From Nitrospiraceae bacterium (GTDB taxonomy: Bacteria > Nitrospirota > Nitrospiria > Nitrospirales > Nitrospiraceae), in the NCBI GenBank assembly GCA_037442105.1, contig JBBIQV010000004.1, positions 62,001 to 108,638 on the forward strand: a DNA stretch of 46,638 nucleotides, written 5' to 3'. Each line of letters starts with the position of its first letter. The stretch's first letter is position 1. Made by a program: the position numbers and the translations under genes. The notes below the pieces were generated by a model. That model did no database searches and was not told where the DNA came from. It saw nothing but the letters and a program-made list of their open reading frames with translations. Positions 9,886 through 18,099 of this stretch are shown one piece after another.

Positions 9886-10967
9886 TCGTCGAAATCAGCA
9901 AGACCTTTCCCGGTCGGATGACGATCGAGGTGCAGTTGACCCTGTCGCTGGAGCCGCCCAGCGTCTTGATTGTCTTCGGGCCGTCGGGGTCCGGCAAGAC
10001 GACGCTCCTTCGCTGCTTGGCAGGGTTGGAGTGGCCGGAGCAAGGCAGGATCCGGTTCGGAGCCCAGACGTGGCTTGAGACAGCCGCAGGAACTCGGATG
10101 TCGCCGCAGGAGCGGAGGCTGGGCTATATGTCTCAAGACTACGCGCTGTTTCCGACTCATTCGGTAGCCGGCAATATAGAGTTCGGCTTGAGTGAGTTAT
10201 CGGCCCATGAGCGGCAACGACGTGTTGCAGACGCAATGGAGCTTCTTCAGCTTCGCGGGTTGGAGCGCGCAAGGCCGGCGCAGTTGTCTGGCGGGCAGCA
10301 ACAGCGCGTGGCCCTTGCCAGAGCGATTGCGAGGCGGCCGCGGTTGTTATTGCTGGATGAACCGCTCTCCGCGCTGGATGTGCCGACCAGGTCTCGCTTG
10401 TGCGGGGAACTCAGGCTGTTGCTCAAGCAACTCGCACTTCCTTGTGTTGTGGTCACGCATGACTGGGCTGAAGCCCTGACCCTCGGCGATCAGGTCGCTG
10501 TGATGAACGAGGGGCGAGTTCTGCAGGTGGGAACACCGAAAGATGTCTTTAGCCGTCCCTGTGATGCGCAGGTGGCTCGTATTGTGGGCGTCGAGACTGT
10601 GGTGCAGGGGTTGATCGTGAGCACTCGTGAGGGGCTGGCAACAGTTCAGGTGAACGGTATCAATGTGGTGGCGCTGGGTTCAGAAGACGTGGGACCGGAG
10701 GTATTTGTTTGCATCAGAGCGGAAGATGTGGTCTTAGAGAAAGTCGGCAGCGCCACGACGAGCGCTCGGAACCATCTGGCGGGGAACGTACGAGAGATTA
10801 ATTTGGTAGGCGCGTTGGCGTGGGTCGGAATCGATTGTGGGTTTCCATTGAGAGCCACGGTTACGCGGTCGGCTTTGGAAGAACTTCATCTGGCGCCGGG
10901 AGCGCCTCTGGTAGCTGCGATCAAGGCAGGGGCTGTACACCTCGTCGCGCGGCGTGAGATGGGGTAG
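9882..10967 (+). CDS. modC: Molybdate ABC transporter ATP-binding protein with TOBE domain
   Basis: GPSGSGKT, LSGGQQQR, LLLDEP, VTHD, C-terminal TSARN/TOBE region; overlaps the modB stop. Confidence 0.93.
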   Translation: MIVEISKTFPGRMTIEVQLTLSLEPPSVLIVFGPSGSGKTTLLRCLAGLEWPEQGRIRFGAQTWLETAAGTRMSPQERRLGYMSQDYALFPTHSVAGNIEFGLSELSAHERQRRVADAMELLQLRGLERARPAQLSGGQQQRVALARAIARRPRLLLLDEPLSALDVPTRSRLCGELRLLLKQLALPCVVVTHDWAEALTLGDQVAVMNEGRVLQVGTPKDVFSRPCDAQVARIVGVETVVQGLIVSTREGLATVQVNGINVVALGSEDVGPEVFVCIRAEDVVLEKVGSATTSARNHLAGNVREINLVGALAWVGIDCGFPLRATVTRSALEELHLAPGAPLVAAIKAGAVHLVARREMG

Positions 10968-11033
10968 AGCCTTTGGGTTCAACCGATGGGCAAACCGGCT
11001 TCATTTCAGCGGCATAGTACTCTCCCCAACTTC

Positions 11034-11275
11034 TGTGGATAATCCTGTTTATAAATCGGTTGAACTGCATTTTGGCGAGGCCAGAAAGCAGGACGCTGAC
11101 GACGTTGCCTATTTCTTGAGCATTGACGAAGCGGTGTTCTCATGCCCCAAGATATTGTGGGAGTTTCATGAAATGTATGGGTTTGCATGCAAGGCCAGAT
11201 TAGAGGAGAAAATATTGTTCGCGGGGCACCGGGAAATGAGTTAAAAGCGGCCGATGCCTCGTTAAGTTATTCACA
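11034..11275. promoter_or_regulatory. DnaA-box cluster
   Basis: TGTGGATAA 11034-11042 (perfect), TGTTTATAA 11046-11054 (1 mismatch, 3-bp spacer), TTATTCACA 11267-11275 (perfect, opposite orientation) in a relatively AT-rich intergenic region. Confidence 0.6.
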
Positions 11276-11305
11276 AGTCAAACCACAACCGAGTCATTTT
11301 GGCAC

Positions 11306-11321
11306 TGGCCATCGAGTTGCG
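11306..11321 (+). promoter_or_regulatory. Candidate sigma54 (-24/-12) promoter for the ABC-kinase-regulator genes
   Basis: TGGCCATCGAGTTGCG, GG-N10-GC spacing, ~60 bp before GTG 11381. Confidence 0.45.
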
Positions 11322-11380
11322 ATCCAGGTAATGTATTACAACGGCACACGGCGGATTCGACAACATTTCCGGAGGAGCTT

Positions 11381-13060
11381 GTGCCTGGACTGAGAGAGAC
11401 TGCACGGTCTGCGCGGCGTTCAGCTTGGATTGATCTGTACCGGCTCGTGCTCATTGTCGGTCTCGAAAAACGCGTCCTCACTATTATTGTCTCCTACGCG
11501 GTGGCGATCGGCCTCTTCTCGCTCGTCGTCCCCCTGACCGTGCAGGAGCTCATCAACACCTTCGCCTTTGCGATTCAGCCGGTGATGATTCTGACGCTCG
11601 CCCTGATCATCTTGATCGGGCTCCTGTTCATCGGGTTTTTCCGCGTTTTCCAAACGAGCGCGATGGAAACGCTCTTTCAACGGTTGTACACCCGCATTGC
11701 CATTGCCATGACGGAACATCTTCCTCGGATCCGGGAAGAAGTATTTGTGCCGAGCCATGCCAATTACTTTGTCGAGGCCGAACTCTTACCACGCGCCGTG
11801 GTCGTGGTGTTAGTCGATGTCATCAACGTGACGATTTCCGGGACGACCGGCATGATGATCCTCGTCATGTATCACCCGTATTTTCTTATCTACAACTCCT
11901 TTCTGCTCATAGGATTTGCACTGGTGTTGACCGCATCCGGGCAAGGAGGAGTTCGCGCGACTCAGACCGTGTCCCGCCTCAACTACGATCTTATGACCTG
12001 GATGCAGGACCTCGCGCTGAATCGGTTGCATTTTAAGGCTACGCAGAGTGCGTCGCTCCTGATCAAGAAGACGGATTTTCTCGCACAGGCGTATCTGGCT
12101 GCTCGGAGAGACCGCTCCGGCATTCTGACCTGGCGCCAATACCGAAGCACGGTGATTTGGGAAGCGGTCTGTCACAGCGGGATGATCGGGCTTGGAGGAT
12201 GGTTGCTGTCGATCGGCCAGATCACTCTCGGTCAATTCGTTGCGGCCGAAGTCATCGTCAGCACGTTGCTCCTAAATCTGGACACGGTCACGCGCCGTAT
12301 GTACGCCATTACCTACATTCTCACATCGTTGCATGAGCTGGAAGGCGTGTTTTCTCTTCCCAAAGACGAAGTCGGGGCCGTGGCGTCGACAGCCCGTTTG
12401 CCCGATCCCACGATCCATGGCGTGCGGTTGACGTGCCGAGATGCGGCGTTCGCCTATGGCAACGCCCCGCCCCTCTTCGAGCAGTTCAATTTGGAAGTGG
12501 CGCCCGGCGAGAAGGTGGCGGTCATCTCCTCGACGAGCACCGGCAAGTCGACGCTGGCGCTGATGCTGGCCGGTCTCTATCGACCGACGGCAGGGGTCGT
12601 CCGTTACAATGACGTCGATCTCCGCGATGTGACCATGGACTATATCAACGCTGCGCGCGGATTGGTTCTGGACTCGCATCTTTCGCTGTTTGGAGGCACA
12701 TTGGAAGAGAACATCTCGCTTGGACGGCCGTCCATCAGATTCGAGGATCTCCGCTGGGCCCTAAGATTTGTGGAACTGGAGGAGGAAGTCGACAGGATGC
12801 CCCTCGGCCTGGAAACCCCGGTCACGGCCGGGGGAAAGATGTTTACAAAAGGTCAAATCCTGCGCATTTTAGTGGCGCGCGCGATTGTGACGCGCCCGCC
12901 TCTTCTCATTTTCGACGGGACGTTGCACAACATGGAGCCAAATCTGAGACTGATCCTCTTACGGAGATTGTGCTCGAAGGACGAAGCGTGGTCCACAATC
13001 TTCATTTCGAATGACCCGGCGATCGGAGAATTAGTCGACCGCCGTGTTCTCTTGGGGTGA
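11381..13060 (+). CDS. ABC exporter (TMD+NBD, type I secretion-like) with degenerate NBD
   Basis: GGAGGAG SD before GTG; ABC membrane domain (ITLGQFVAAEVIV); NBD with SSTSTGKS, FTKGQ, LIFDG, ISND. Confidence 0.85.
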   Translation: MPGLRETARSARRSAWIDLYRLVLIVGLEKRVLTIIVSYAVAIGLFSLVVPLTVQELINTFAFAIQPVMILTLALIILIGLLFIGFFRVFQTSAMETLFQRLYTRIAIAMTEHLPRIREEVFVPSHANYFVEAELLPRAVVVVLVDVINVTISGTTGMMILVMYHPYFLIYNSFLLIGFALVLTASGQGGVRATQTVSRLNYDLMTWMQDLALNRLHFKATQSASLLIKKTDFLAQAYLAARRDRSGILTWRQYRSTVIWEAVCHSGMIGLGGWLLSIGQITLGQFVAAEVIVSTLLLNLDTVTRRMYAITYILTSLHELEGVFSLPKDEVGAVASTARLPDPTIHGVRLTCRDAAFAYGNAPPLFEQFNLEVAPGEKVAVISSTSTGKSTLALMLAGLYRPTAGVVRYNDVDLRDVTMDYINAARGLVLDSHLSLFGGTLEENISLGRPSIRFEDLRWALRFVELEEEVDRMPLGLETPVTAGGKMFTKGQILRILVARAIVTRPPLLIFDGTLHNMEPNLRLILLRRLCSKDEAWSTIFISNDPAIGELVDRRVLLG

Positions 13061-13064
13061 CCGG

Positions 13065-14399
13065 ATGTTCAGGCCTGTTCCAGAGGCTACGCTATTCCGC
13101 AAGGTCCCGTTTCGGCTGATTGCATCCGTTTTACTGCTCCTGGCGCTCGTCGTATTGGTGATTCTTCCCGAGGTGTTTCCAGCCTTGTGGCAGTCGCGCC
13201 GCGACCTGATCGTTGTGACCGTCCTCTTGTTCCTGGTCAGCGCGATCGGCATTGCCGCCGTGATTGCGTTCCTGCACTACAACAACGCCAGGCGAACCCT
13301 CGAAGAGGTCAAAGGGTTAGCGCGCAACATTCTGCAAAGTATTCCGACCGGAGTGCTCACGATTAACCGCAGCGGAGTCATCACGGCCGTCAATCCTACG
13401 GCTGAAACGGTTTTAAAACGGTCCTCAGGCGACCTATTGGGCAATCCCTACGAGTCCGTTTTCGCCGAGGGCGAGACGATCCGGGTGGTGCTCGATGGAG
13501 CGTTGCGGACCCACCAACACGTGAGTCAGAAGGACTTACCCTATGAAAGCCGTGATCGCATGACGCGCACCATCCGCGTCAGTACGGCTGAGTTGACCGG
13601 CGATGACGGCGACCGTGCCGGTGTGATTCTTCAGGCCCAAGATGTCACGGAATGGCTTGGGTTGGAGCAGCGAGTCCGCGTCGCCGAGAAACTGGCTGCC
13701 TTGCATACCTTGTCTGCCGGGGTGGCCCATGAGCTCCGAAATCCGCTGAGCGCCATGGACTTGAATCTGCACTTGCTGGAGGAGGAGCTGAAGGAAAAAG
13801 GTGCGGTGGCGCCGCAGGCTGCGCATTACCTGCACGTGCTAAACGCGGAATGCCGGCGGGTGTCCGTCATCCTCGATAATTTCATGAAATTCGCTCGTCC
13901 CGGAGCCGTCAGTCTTCATGAAGTCGACGTGCCTCAACTGATCGCGCACATTCTGGCGCTCATGCAGTTCGAAGCGGAGGAGAGAAAGATTCGGATCGAG
14001 CAGGCGGTGGAGGAGGGATTGCCGCCGGTCTTGGGCGACGAGACGCAAATCAGCCAGGTTCTGGTGAACGTTGTCGTCAATGCGTTTCATGCCATGTCGG
14101 ACGGCGGCGTCTGCCGGATCGCAGCGGTCCAATGCAGGGCCGGCGGGAAACCGTGGGTAGAAATCTCCGTGAGAGATACGGGGATCGGGATCAAGCAAGA
14201 GAACCTTTCCCGGCTGTTTGAGCCCTTCTACACCACGAAACCCACGGGAAGCGGACTTGGTCTGGCCATTGCGTATCGGATCATCCAAGATCATGCCGGA
14301 ACGATCCAAGTATCCAGCCTGCCGGGGAACGGCACCACGGTCGTGATGAAATTCCCGGTGGCGGTTGGCCGGCCTCAAACGGTTGTGGTGGCGCCATGA
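13065..14399 (+). CDS. PAS-domain sensor histidine kinase (NtrB/AtoS-like)
   Basis: Two N-terminal TMs, PAS, H-box VAHELRNPL, N-box NVVVNA, DTGIGI, FEPFYTTK, GSGLGL. Confidence 0.93.
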   Translation: MFRPVPEATLFRKVPFRLIASVLLLLALVVLVILPEVFPALWQSRRDLIVVTVLLFLVSAIGIAAVIAFLHYNNARRTLEEVKGLARNILQSIPTGVLTINRSGVITAVNPTAETVLKRSSGDLLGNPYESVFAEGETIRVVLDGALRTHQHVSQKDLPYESRDRMTRTIRVSTAELTGDDGDRAGVILQAQDVTEWLGLEQRVRVAEKLAALHTLSAGVAHELRNPLSAMDLNLHLLEEELKEKGAVAPQAAHYLHVLNAECRRVSVILDNFMKFARPGAVSLHEVDVPQLIAHILALMQFEAEERKIRIEQAVEEGLPPVLGDETQISQVLVNVVVNAFHAMSDGGVCRIAAVQCRAGGKPWVEISVRDTGIGIKQENLSRLFEPFYTTKPTGSGLGLAIAYRIIQDHAGTIQVSSLPGNGTTVVMKFPVAVGRPQTVVVAP

Positions 14400-15754
14400 C
14401 CCGGATCGCCGACATCCTCGTCGTGGACGACGAGGTCAATATTCGCAACGCCTTGGTGACGATGATCGAGAAGAAGGGCCACCATGTTTGCGGGGTGGGG
14501 AGTGGGGAAGAAGCTCTGGAGCGTCTCGAAGATGCCAAAGCGGACTTGGTGATTACCGATCTCAAGATGCCCGGCATCGGGGGCATGGCATTCCTTCGCC
14601 GTCTCAAGGACAGGTGGCCGGAGACGGAAGTCGTGGTGATGACCGCCTACGGATCCATTGATACGGCGGTCGAAGCGATGCGACTCGGTGCCTACGATTA
14701 TCTCTCTAAGCCTATCGATCGCGAGCGATTCCCTGTCGTGATAGACAAGGCACTCGATCGGCACGCCCTAGCGACCGAAAACCAGCAGCTCCGAGACCGC
14801 CTCGAAACGCGGACGCGCTTCGAGCAGATGGTGGGCGAAAGCGACCCGATGCAGCATGTCTACAACCTGGTGGAGATGGTCGCCGGCAGCGACGTCATGG
14901 TGTTACTGACGGGCGAAAGCGGAACCGGCAAGGAACTTGTGGCGCGGGCGATTCATCACAAGAGCTCTCGCGCGAACGGGCCGTTCGTCACCTTGAATTG
15001 CGGAGCCTTGCCGGAGAATCTGTTTGAAAGCGAGTTGTTCGGTTACGAGAAGGGAGCGTTCACCGGAGCCGTGACGTCCAAGGTGGGCAGATTTGAGTTG
15101 GCCGACGGCGGGACGTTGCTCCTGGATGAAGTGGGCGAACTATCCCTGAAGTCGCAAGTGGATTTTCTGCGCGTGCTGGAGACGATGGAATTTCGGCGGT
15201 TGGGCGGGACAAAGCTGATCAAAATCGACACCCGGATTATCGCCGCTACTAATCGCAATCTCGAAGAAGCCATCCGGCAAGGCGACTTTCGCGAAGACCT
15301 CTATTACCGCCTGAACGTGGTTCCGCTCCATCTCCCTCCGTTGCGCGAACGCGCCGACGACATTCCTCTCTTGGTGGGCAGCTTCCTCTCCGAGTTTTCG
15401 GCGCAGCATCACCGCGAGCCGAAGGATGTCTCGCGGGAGGCCATGCGACTGCTGCGGCTCTATGCGTGGCCCGGGAATATTCGCCAACTCCGGAATCTCA
15501 TGGTGCGGTTGGTCATTACGGTACGAGATCAAATGATTCAGCCGGAACATTTGCCGGAGGAAATCCAGGCCAGCAAGGAGAACACCCGCACCATGCTGGT
15601 TACGTTGGGGACGTCGCTGGAAGAGATCGAGCGGAACGTGATTCGGCGGACGTTGGCCGAAGTGACTAATCATCGGGAGAAGGCGGCCAAACTGTTAGGC
15701 ATTAGTCTGCGGACGCTGCAATACAAGATCAAGGAATACGGTATTCGAGACTAA
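14396..15754 (+). CDS. Sigma54-dependent response regulator (NtrC/AtoC family)
   Basis: REC domain (VVDDE, TDLKMP), GESGTGKE, GAFTGA, FREDLYYRLNV, WPGNIRQL, C-terminal Fis HTH. Confidence 0.96.
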   Translation: MTRIADILVVDDEVNIRNALVTMIEKKGHHVCGVGSGEEALERLEDAKADLVITDLKMPGIGGMAFLRRLKDRWPETEVVVMTAYGSIDTAVEAMRLGAYDYLSKPIDRERFPVVIDKALDRHALATENQQLRDRLETRTRFEQMVGESDPMQHVYNLVEMVAGSDVMVLLTGESGTGKELVARAIHHKSSRANGPFVTLNCGALPENLFESELFGYEKGAFTGAVTSKVGRFELADGGTLLLDEVGELSLKSQVDFLRVLETMEFRRLGGTKLIKIDTRIIAATNRNLEEAIRQGDFREDLYYRLNVVPLHLPPLRERADDIPLLVGSFLSEFSAQHHREPKDVSREAMRLLRLYAWPGNIRQLRNLMVRLVITVRDQMIQPEHLPEEIQASKENTRTMLVTLGTSLEEIERNVIRRTLAEVTNHREKAAKLLGISLRTLQYKIKEYGIRD

Positions 15755-15839
15755 CTTCACCTCCGGCCTTCTACTTTCTGTTTCTTCCTCTTCTTTCCTT
15801 TCGAAATCTCGTGCCTCCTGCCGCCAGAGTCCCTGTTGC

Positions 15840-15941
15840 TGCAAATATTGCGCGACCTTTGTTTTCTCTAACTAGTAGAAGCAGCGATAGAATTCCGCAA
15901 AATGGGCGACGTATCGATGGGTCTTTCACGCAATTCTTGCA
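15840..15941. promoter_or_regulatory. Candidate upstream activator sequences for a sigma54 activator
   Basis: TGCAAATATTGCG (15840-15852) and CGCAATTCTTGCA (15929-15941) are inverted near-copies (11/13); weaker CGCAAAATGGGCG at 15896-15908; ~110-210 bp upstream of the -24. Confidence 0.55.
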
Positions 15942-16047
15942 GGTTCATCCAGGTTCCGCTCAGGTGAGATCTCACCCGAATTTCAGTTAACGACACAAGT
16001 CCTCAATTTTGTTCTACGCAGAGCAAAGCTCCCACGGATTCTGACCA

Positions 16048-16063
16048 CGGCATCCGCTGTGCA
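16048..16063 (+). promoter_or_regulatory. Sigma54 promoter
   Basis: CGGCATCCGCTGTGCA, GG 16049-16050 and GC 16061-16062 (N10). Confidence 0.6.
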
Positions 16064-16090
16064 ATCGCCTGCGCTCTTTTGAGGGGATGG

Positions 16091-16387
16091 GTGAAATCCA
16101 CAGCCGGCAAAAATCGGGTGGGAATCTTAGAAATCGCATGTGCGCTCGCCGCGCTCGTGTTGGTTGTTGGGAGCCTGGTGTGGGAGATGAATCTTAACCC
16201 GGTTATTGCGCTGGTTATGCTCGTAGCCGCCTATGCGGTGCTTCGCGACATGAGAACGCTCCGGCTGCTGAAGAAACGCAATGAAGAATCGCACGCTTCC
16301 GAAAGCATGGTTCAGTCCCCTGGGCCTTCGCCGCAGGCGCGATTTCGACAGCCTTCTTCCGCGCTGCCGGAGCCAGGATCGGAATGA
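16091..16387 (+). CDS. Small hypothetical two-TM membrane protein
   Basis: GAGGGG SD before GTG 16091; two hydrophobic helices; first gene after the sigma54 promoter. Confidence 0.55.
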   Translation: MKSTAGKNRVGILEIACALAALVLVVGSLVWEMNLNPVIALVMLVAAYAVLRDMRTLRLLKKRNEESHASESMVQSPGPSPQARFRQPSSALPEPGSE

Positions 16388-16451
16388 ACGGGTGACACAA
16401 CCGCCACCGTTAGCAAGTGCACACGATGGAGGGCGGTGAAAGGAGAATTTC

Positions 16452-17156
16452 ATGAGTCCAACAGGAGGGAAGGGTTCAGAGCGAGTGATCGATGTTGGCC
16501 CGGCGGGATTCCAGCCGCCATCGGCTACGCAATTGGGTGTGCCTATTCCCGATTCGGGATATGGCTTGCTCTACGGCCGGGAGGCGCCGGAGGACGAGGT
16601 GATTGCCGAATCCGCCCGGCAACTATTCACGCGTCGCAATCCCACGATCTTTCCCGGTCCCTTGTATCTCTGGGCCTGGCACCCGGAATGGATTGCCAAG
16701 GGGCAGGCGTTGCTGAAACTCGCAGCGGAGATTCCTAACGTGATGATCATCCCCATGCCGGACTATCGCCCGAAATATCCGAAAATCGATCCGGAAGAGG
16801 GGATCAATCCCAATCACCCGAATCTCACGATTTGGCACAACAAGATCGAAGTGGCCCTCTTCATCGGCATCCATTGTCACTATGCCAATCTCGCGCTGCG
16901 GATGATCCGAGCGGGAACGAATTGTCTCACGGTCGCGTTCTGTCACGACATCCACGAAGATGCGATGCTCAGCGTGCAGGATCTGGATGTCAAGCAGATG
17001 AACCATATCATCGATATTTTCCGGAGCGTCCGTAAGGAACTTGGAATCCAAATGCCGAAGGATGGGAAAACCGTGCGCCTGACCGGGACGCAGATTCGGG
17101 CGAACCACGGGATCGAGCAGGTTGACCCGCTCGAGTGGCGCAAGATCGAGGCATAG
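16452..17156 (+). CDS. ForD/PorD-like delta subunit of five-subunit 2-oxoacid:ferredoxin oxidoreductases (CO dehydrogenase beta/epsilon-like fold)
   Basis: AAGGAG SD; NPTIFPGPL, PMPDYRPKYPKIDPE, INPNHPNLTIWHNKI, FIGIHCHYAN; paralog at 19582. Confidence 0.8.
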   Translation: MSPTGGKGSERVIDVGPAGFQPPSATQLGVPIPDSGYGLLYGREAPEDEVIAESARQLFTRRNPTIFPGPLYLWAWHPEWIAKGQALLKLAAEIPNVMIIPMPDYRPKYPKIDPEEGINPNHPNLTIWHNKIEVALFIGIHCHYANLALRMIRAGTNCLTVAFCHDIHEDAMLSVQDLDVKQMNHIIDIFRSVRKELGIQMPKDGKTVRLTGTQIRANHGIEQVDPLEWRKIEA

Positions 17157-17199
17157 TAACCCTGCTCCGAAGCGTGGAGCGACAGCGAGGGGAAAAGTT

Positions 17200-17490
17200 A
17201 TGGTCGTGAAAGCCTGGGCCTTACCGAAGGCGAACCGGCCGATGGACTATCTCGCGAGCGGGGAATGGATCGAGCGGATCGCCCGGCTGCAAGAAGTCCT
17301 GGCTGTCTGTCCCACCGATATCTTGACGCGGTGTGAGCTGGCGACCTTGCTGGAAAGGTTAGACCAATCCGAGGAGGCCTTATTCAACTGGAAGGCGGTC
17401 CTGGCCTGCGATCCCAATAATCTGAAGGCGCGAGAAGGCGCGGCTCGGTGCCGGCGGCGTACGGGCCGTCCCCTCCAATCCAGCATGTAA
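17200..17490 (+). CDS. Small TPR-like protein
   Basis: ELATLLERLDQSEEALFNWKAVLACDPNNLKA is TPR-like; start 17200 or 17242. Confidence 0.65.
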   Translation: MVVKAWALPKANRPMDYLASGEWIERIARLQEVLAVCPTDILTRCELATLLERLDQSEEALFNWKAVLACDPNNLKAREGAARCRRRTGRPLQSSM

Positions 17491-17504
17491 ACGAGGAACA
17501 GTCT

Positions 17505-17783
17505 ATGCCCACGATTTGGGGACAGGTCGAATCGGTGGTCAACCACCCACAGTCCACCCCGAATCTTGTGCTGATAACCAGAACACCGGTGGGAACCCGT
17601 CGCACTCAGTGCCTGATTGAAGCGGAGACCGTTATCGAAAAGGGCTTCCAGCGGCTCGCCCCCAGTGAACTTCACGGCGGCGAATTTGTGGTGGTGGCGC
17701 TGGGCGAACATTCCGGCCGGCTACAGACGGAGCGGATCGATGTCATCGTTTTTGCGGATCGGGCCGGAGAGGATGAGGCATAA
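17505..17783 (+). CDS. Small hypothetical protein (beta-rich)
   Basis: GAGGA SD before ATG 17505; in-operon spacing. Confidence 0.6.
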   Translation: MPTIWGQVESVVNHPQSTPNLVLITRTPVGTRRTQCLIEAETVIEKGFQRLAPSELHGGEFVVVALGEHSGRLQTERIDVIVFADRAGEDEA

Positions 17784-17804
17784 AGCGAAAGTGGAAACGA
17801 CAAC

Positions 17805-18095
17805 ATGATCAGACGCAGGGAGAGGTACGCGGAAACTCTCGTCGTGCAGTGTCCCAGAGGATACATGGCTATTTTATGGCTCGACCCGACGGACGAATGG
17901 GTTATGACGAATCATGCCGGCATGCGTGCGATCATTCAGAGGGGCGTGAGGGACTGGGAAGGCCATCTCTTGTTTCCCCGCGATGGCCGCGCATTCCTGT
18001 CCGCCGTATACGATCATCTCTTCTTGAGCGGCTACCGAATCCGCTGGATGAAATCAAAGGGGGGCATGGGTCTGCGGAAAGGCCGTCGCGATTAG
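17805..18095 (+). CDS. Small hypothetical protein
   Basis: 96-aa ORF filling the gap between co-directional genes. Confidence 0.6.
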   Translation: MIRRRERYAETLVVQCPRGYMAILWLDPTDEWVMTNHAGMRAIIQRGVRDWEGHLLFPRDGRAFLSAVYDHLFLSGYRIRWMKSKGGMGLRKGRRD

Positions 18096-18099
18096 GACG

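Noticed and set aside
10968..11380. Definite oriC
   Set aside because: Only three convincing boxes, no clear unwinding element and no dnaA linkage; kept as a lower-confidence finding
10954..11481. Small ORFs 10954-11244, 11006-11188, 11187-11393, 11278-11481
   Set aside because: No SD or domain features; the region looks regulatory (DnaA boxes, sigma54 motif)
15755..15802. Pyrimidine-rich tract after the response regulator as a terminator
   Set aside because: No GC-rich stem before it; cannot be supported as an intrinsic terminator
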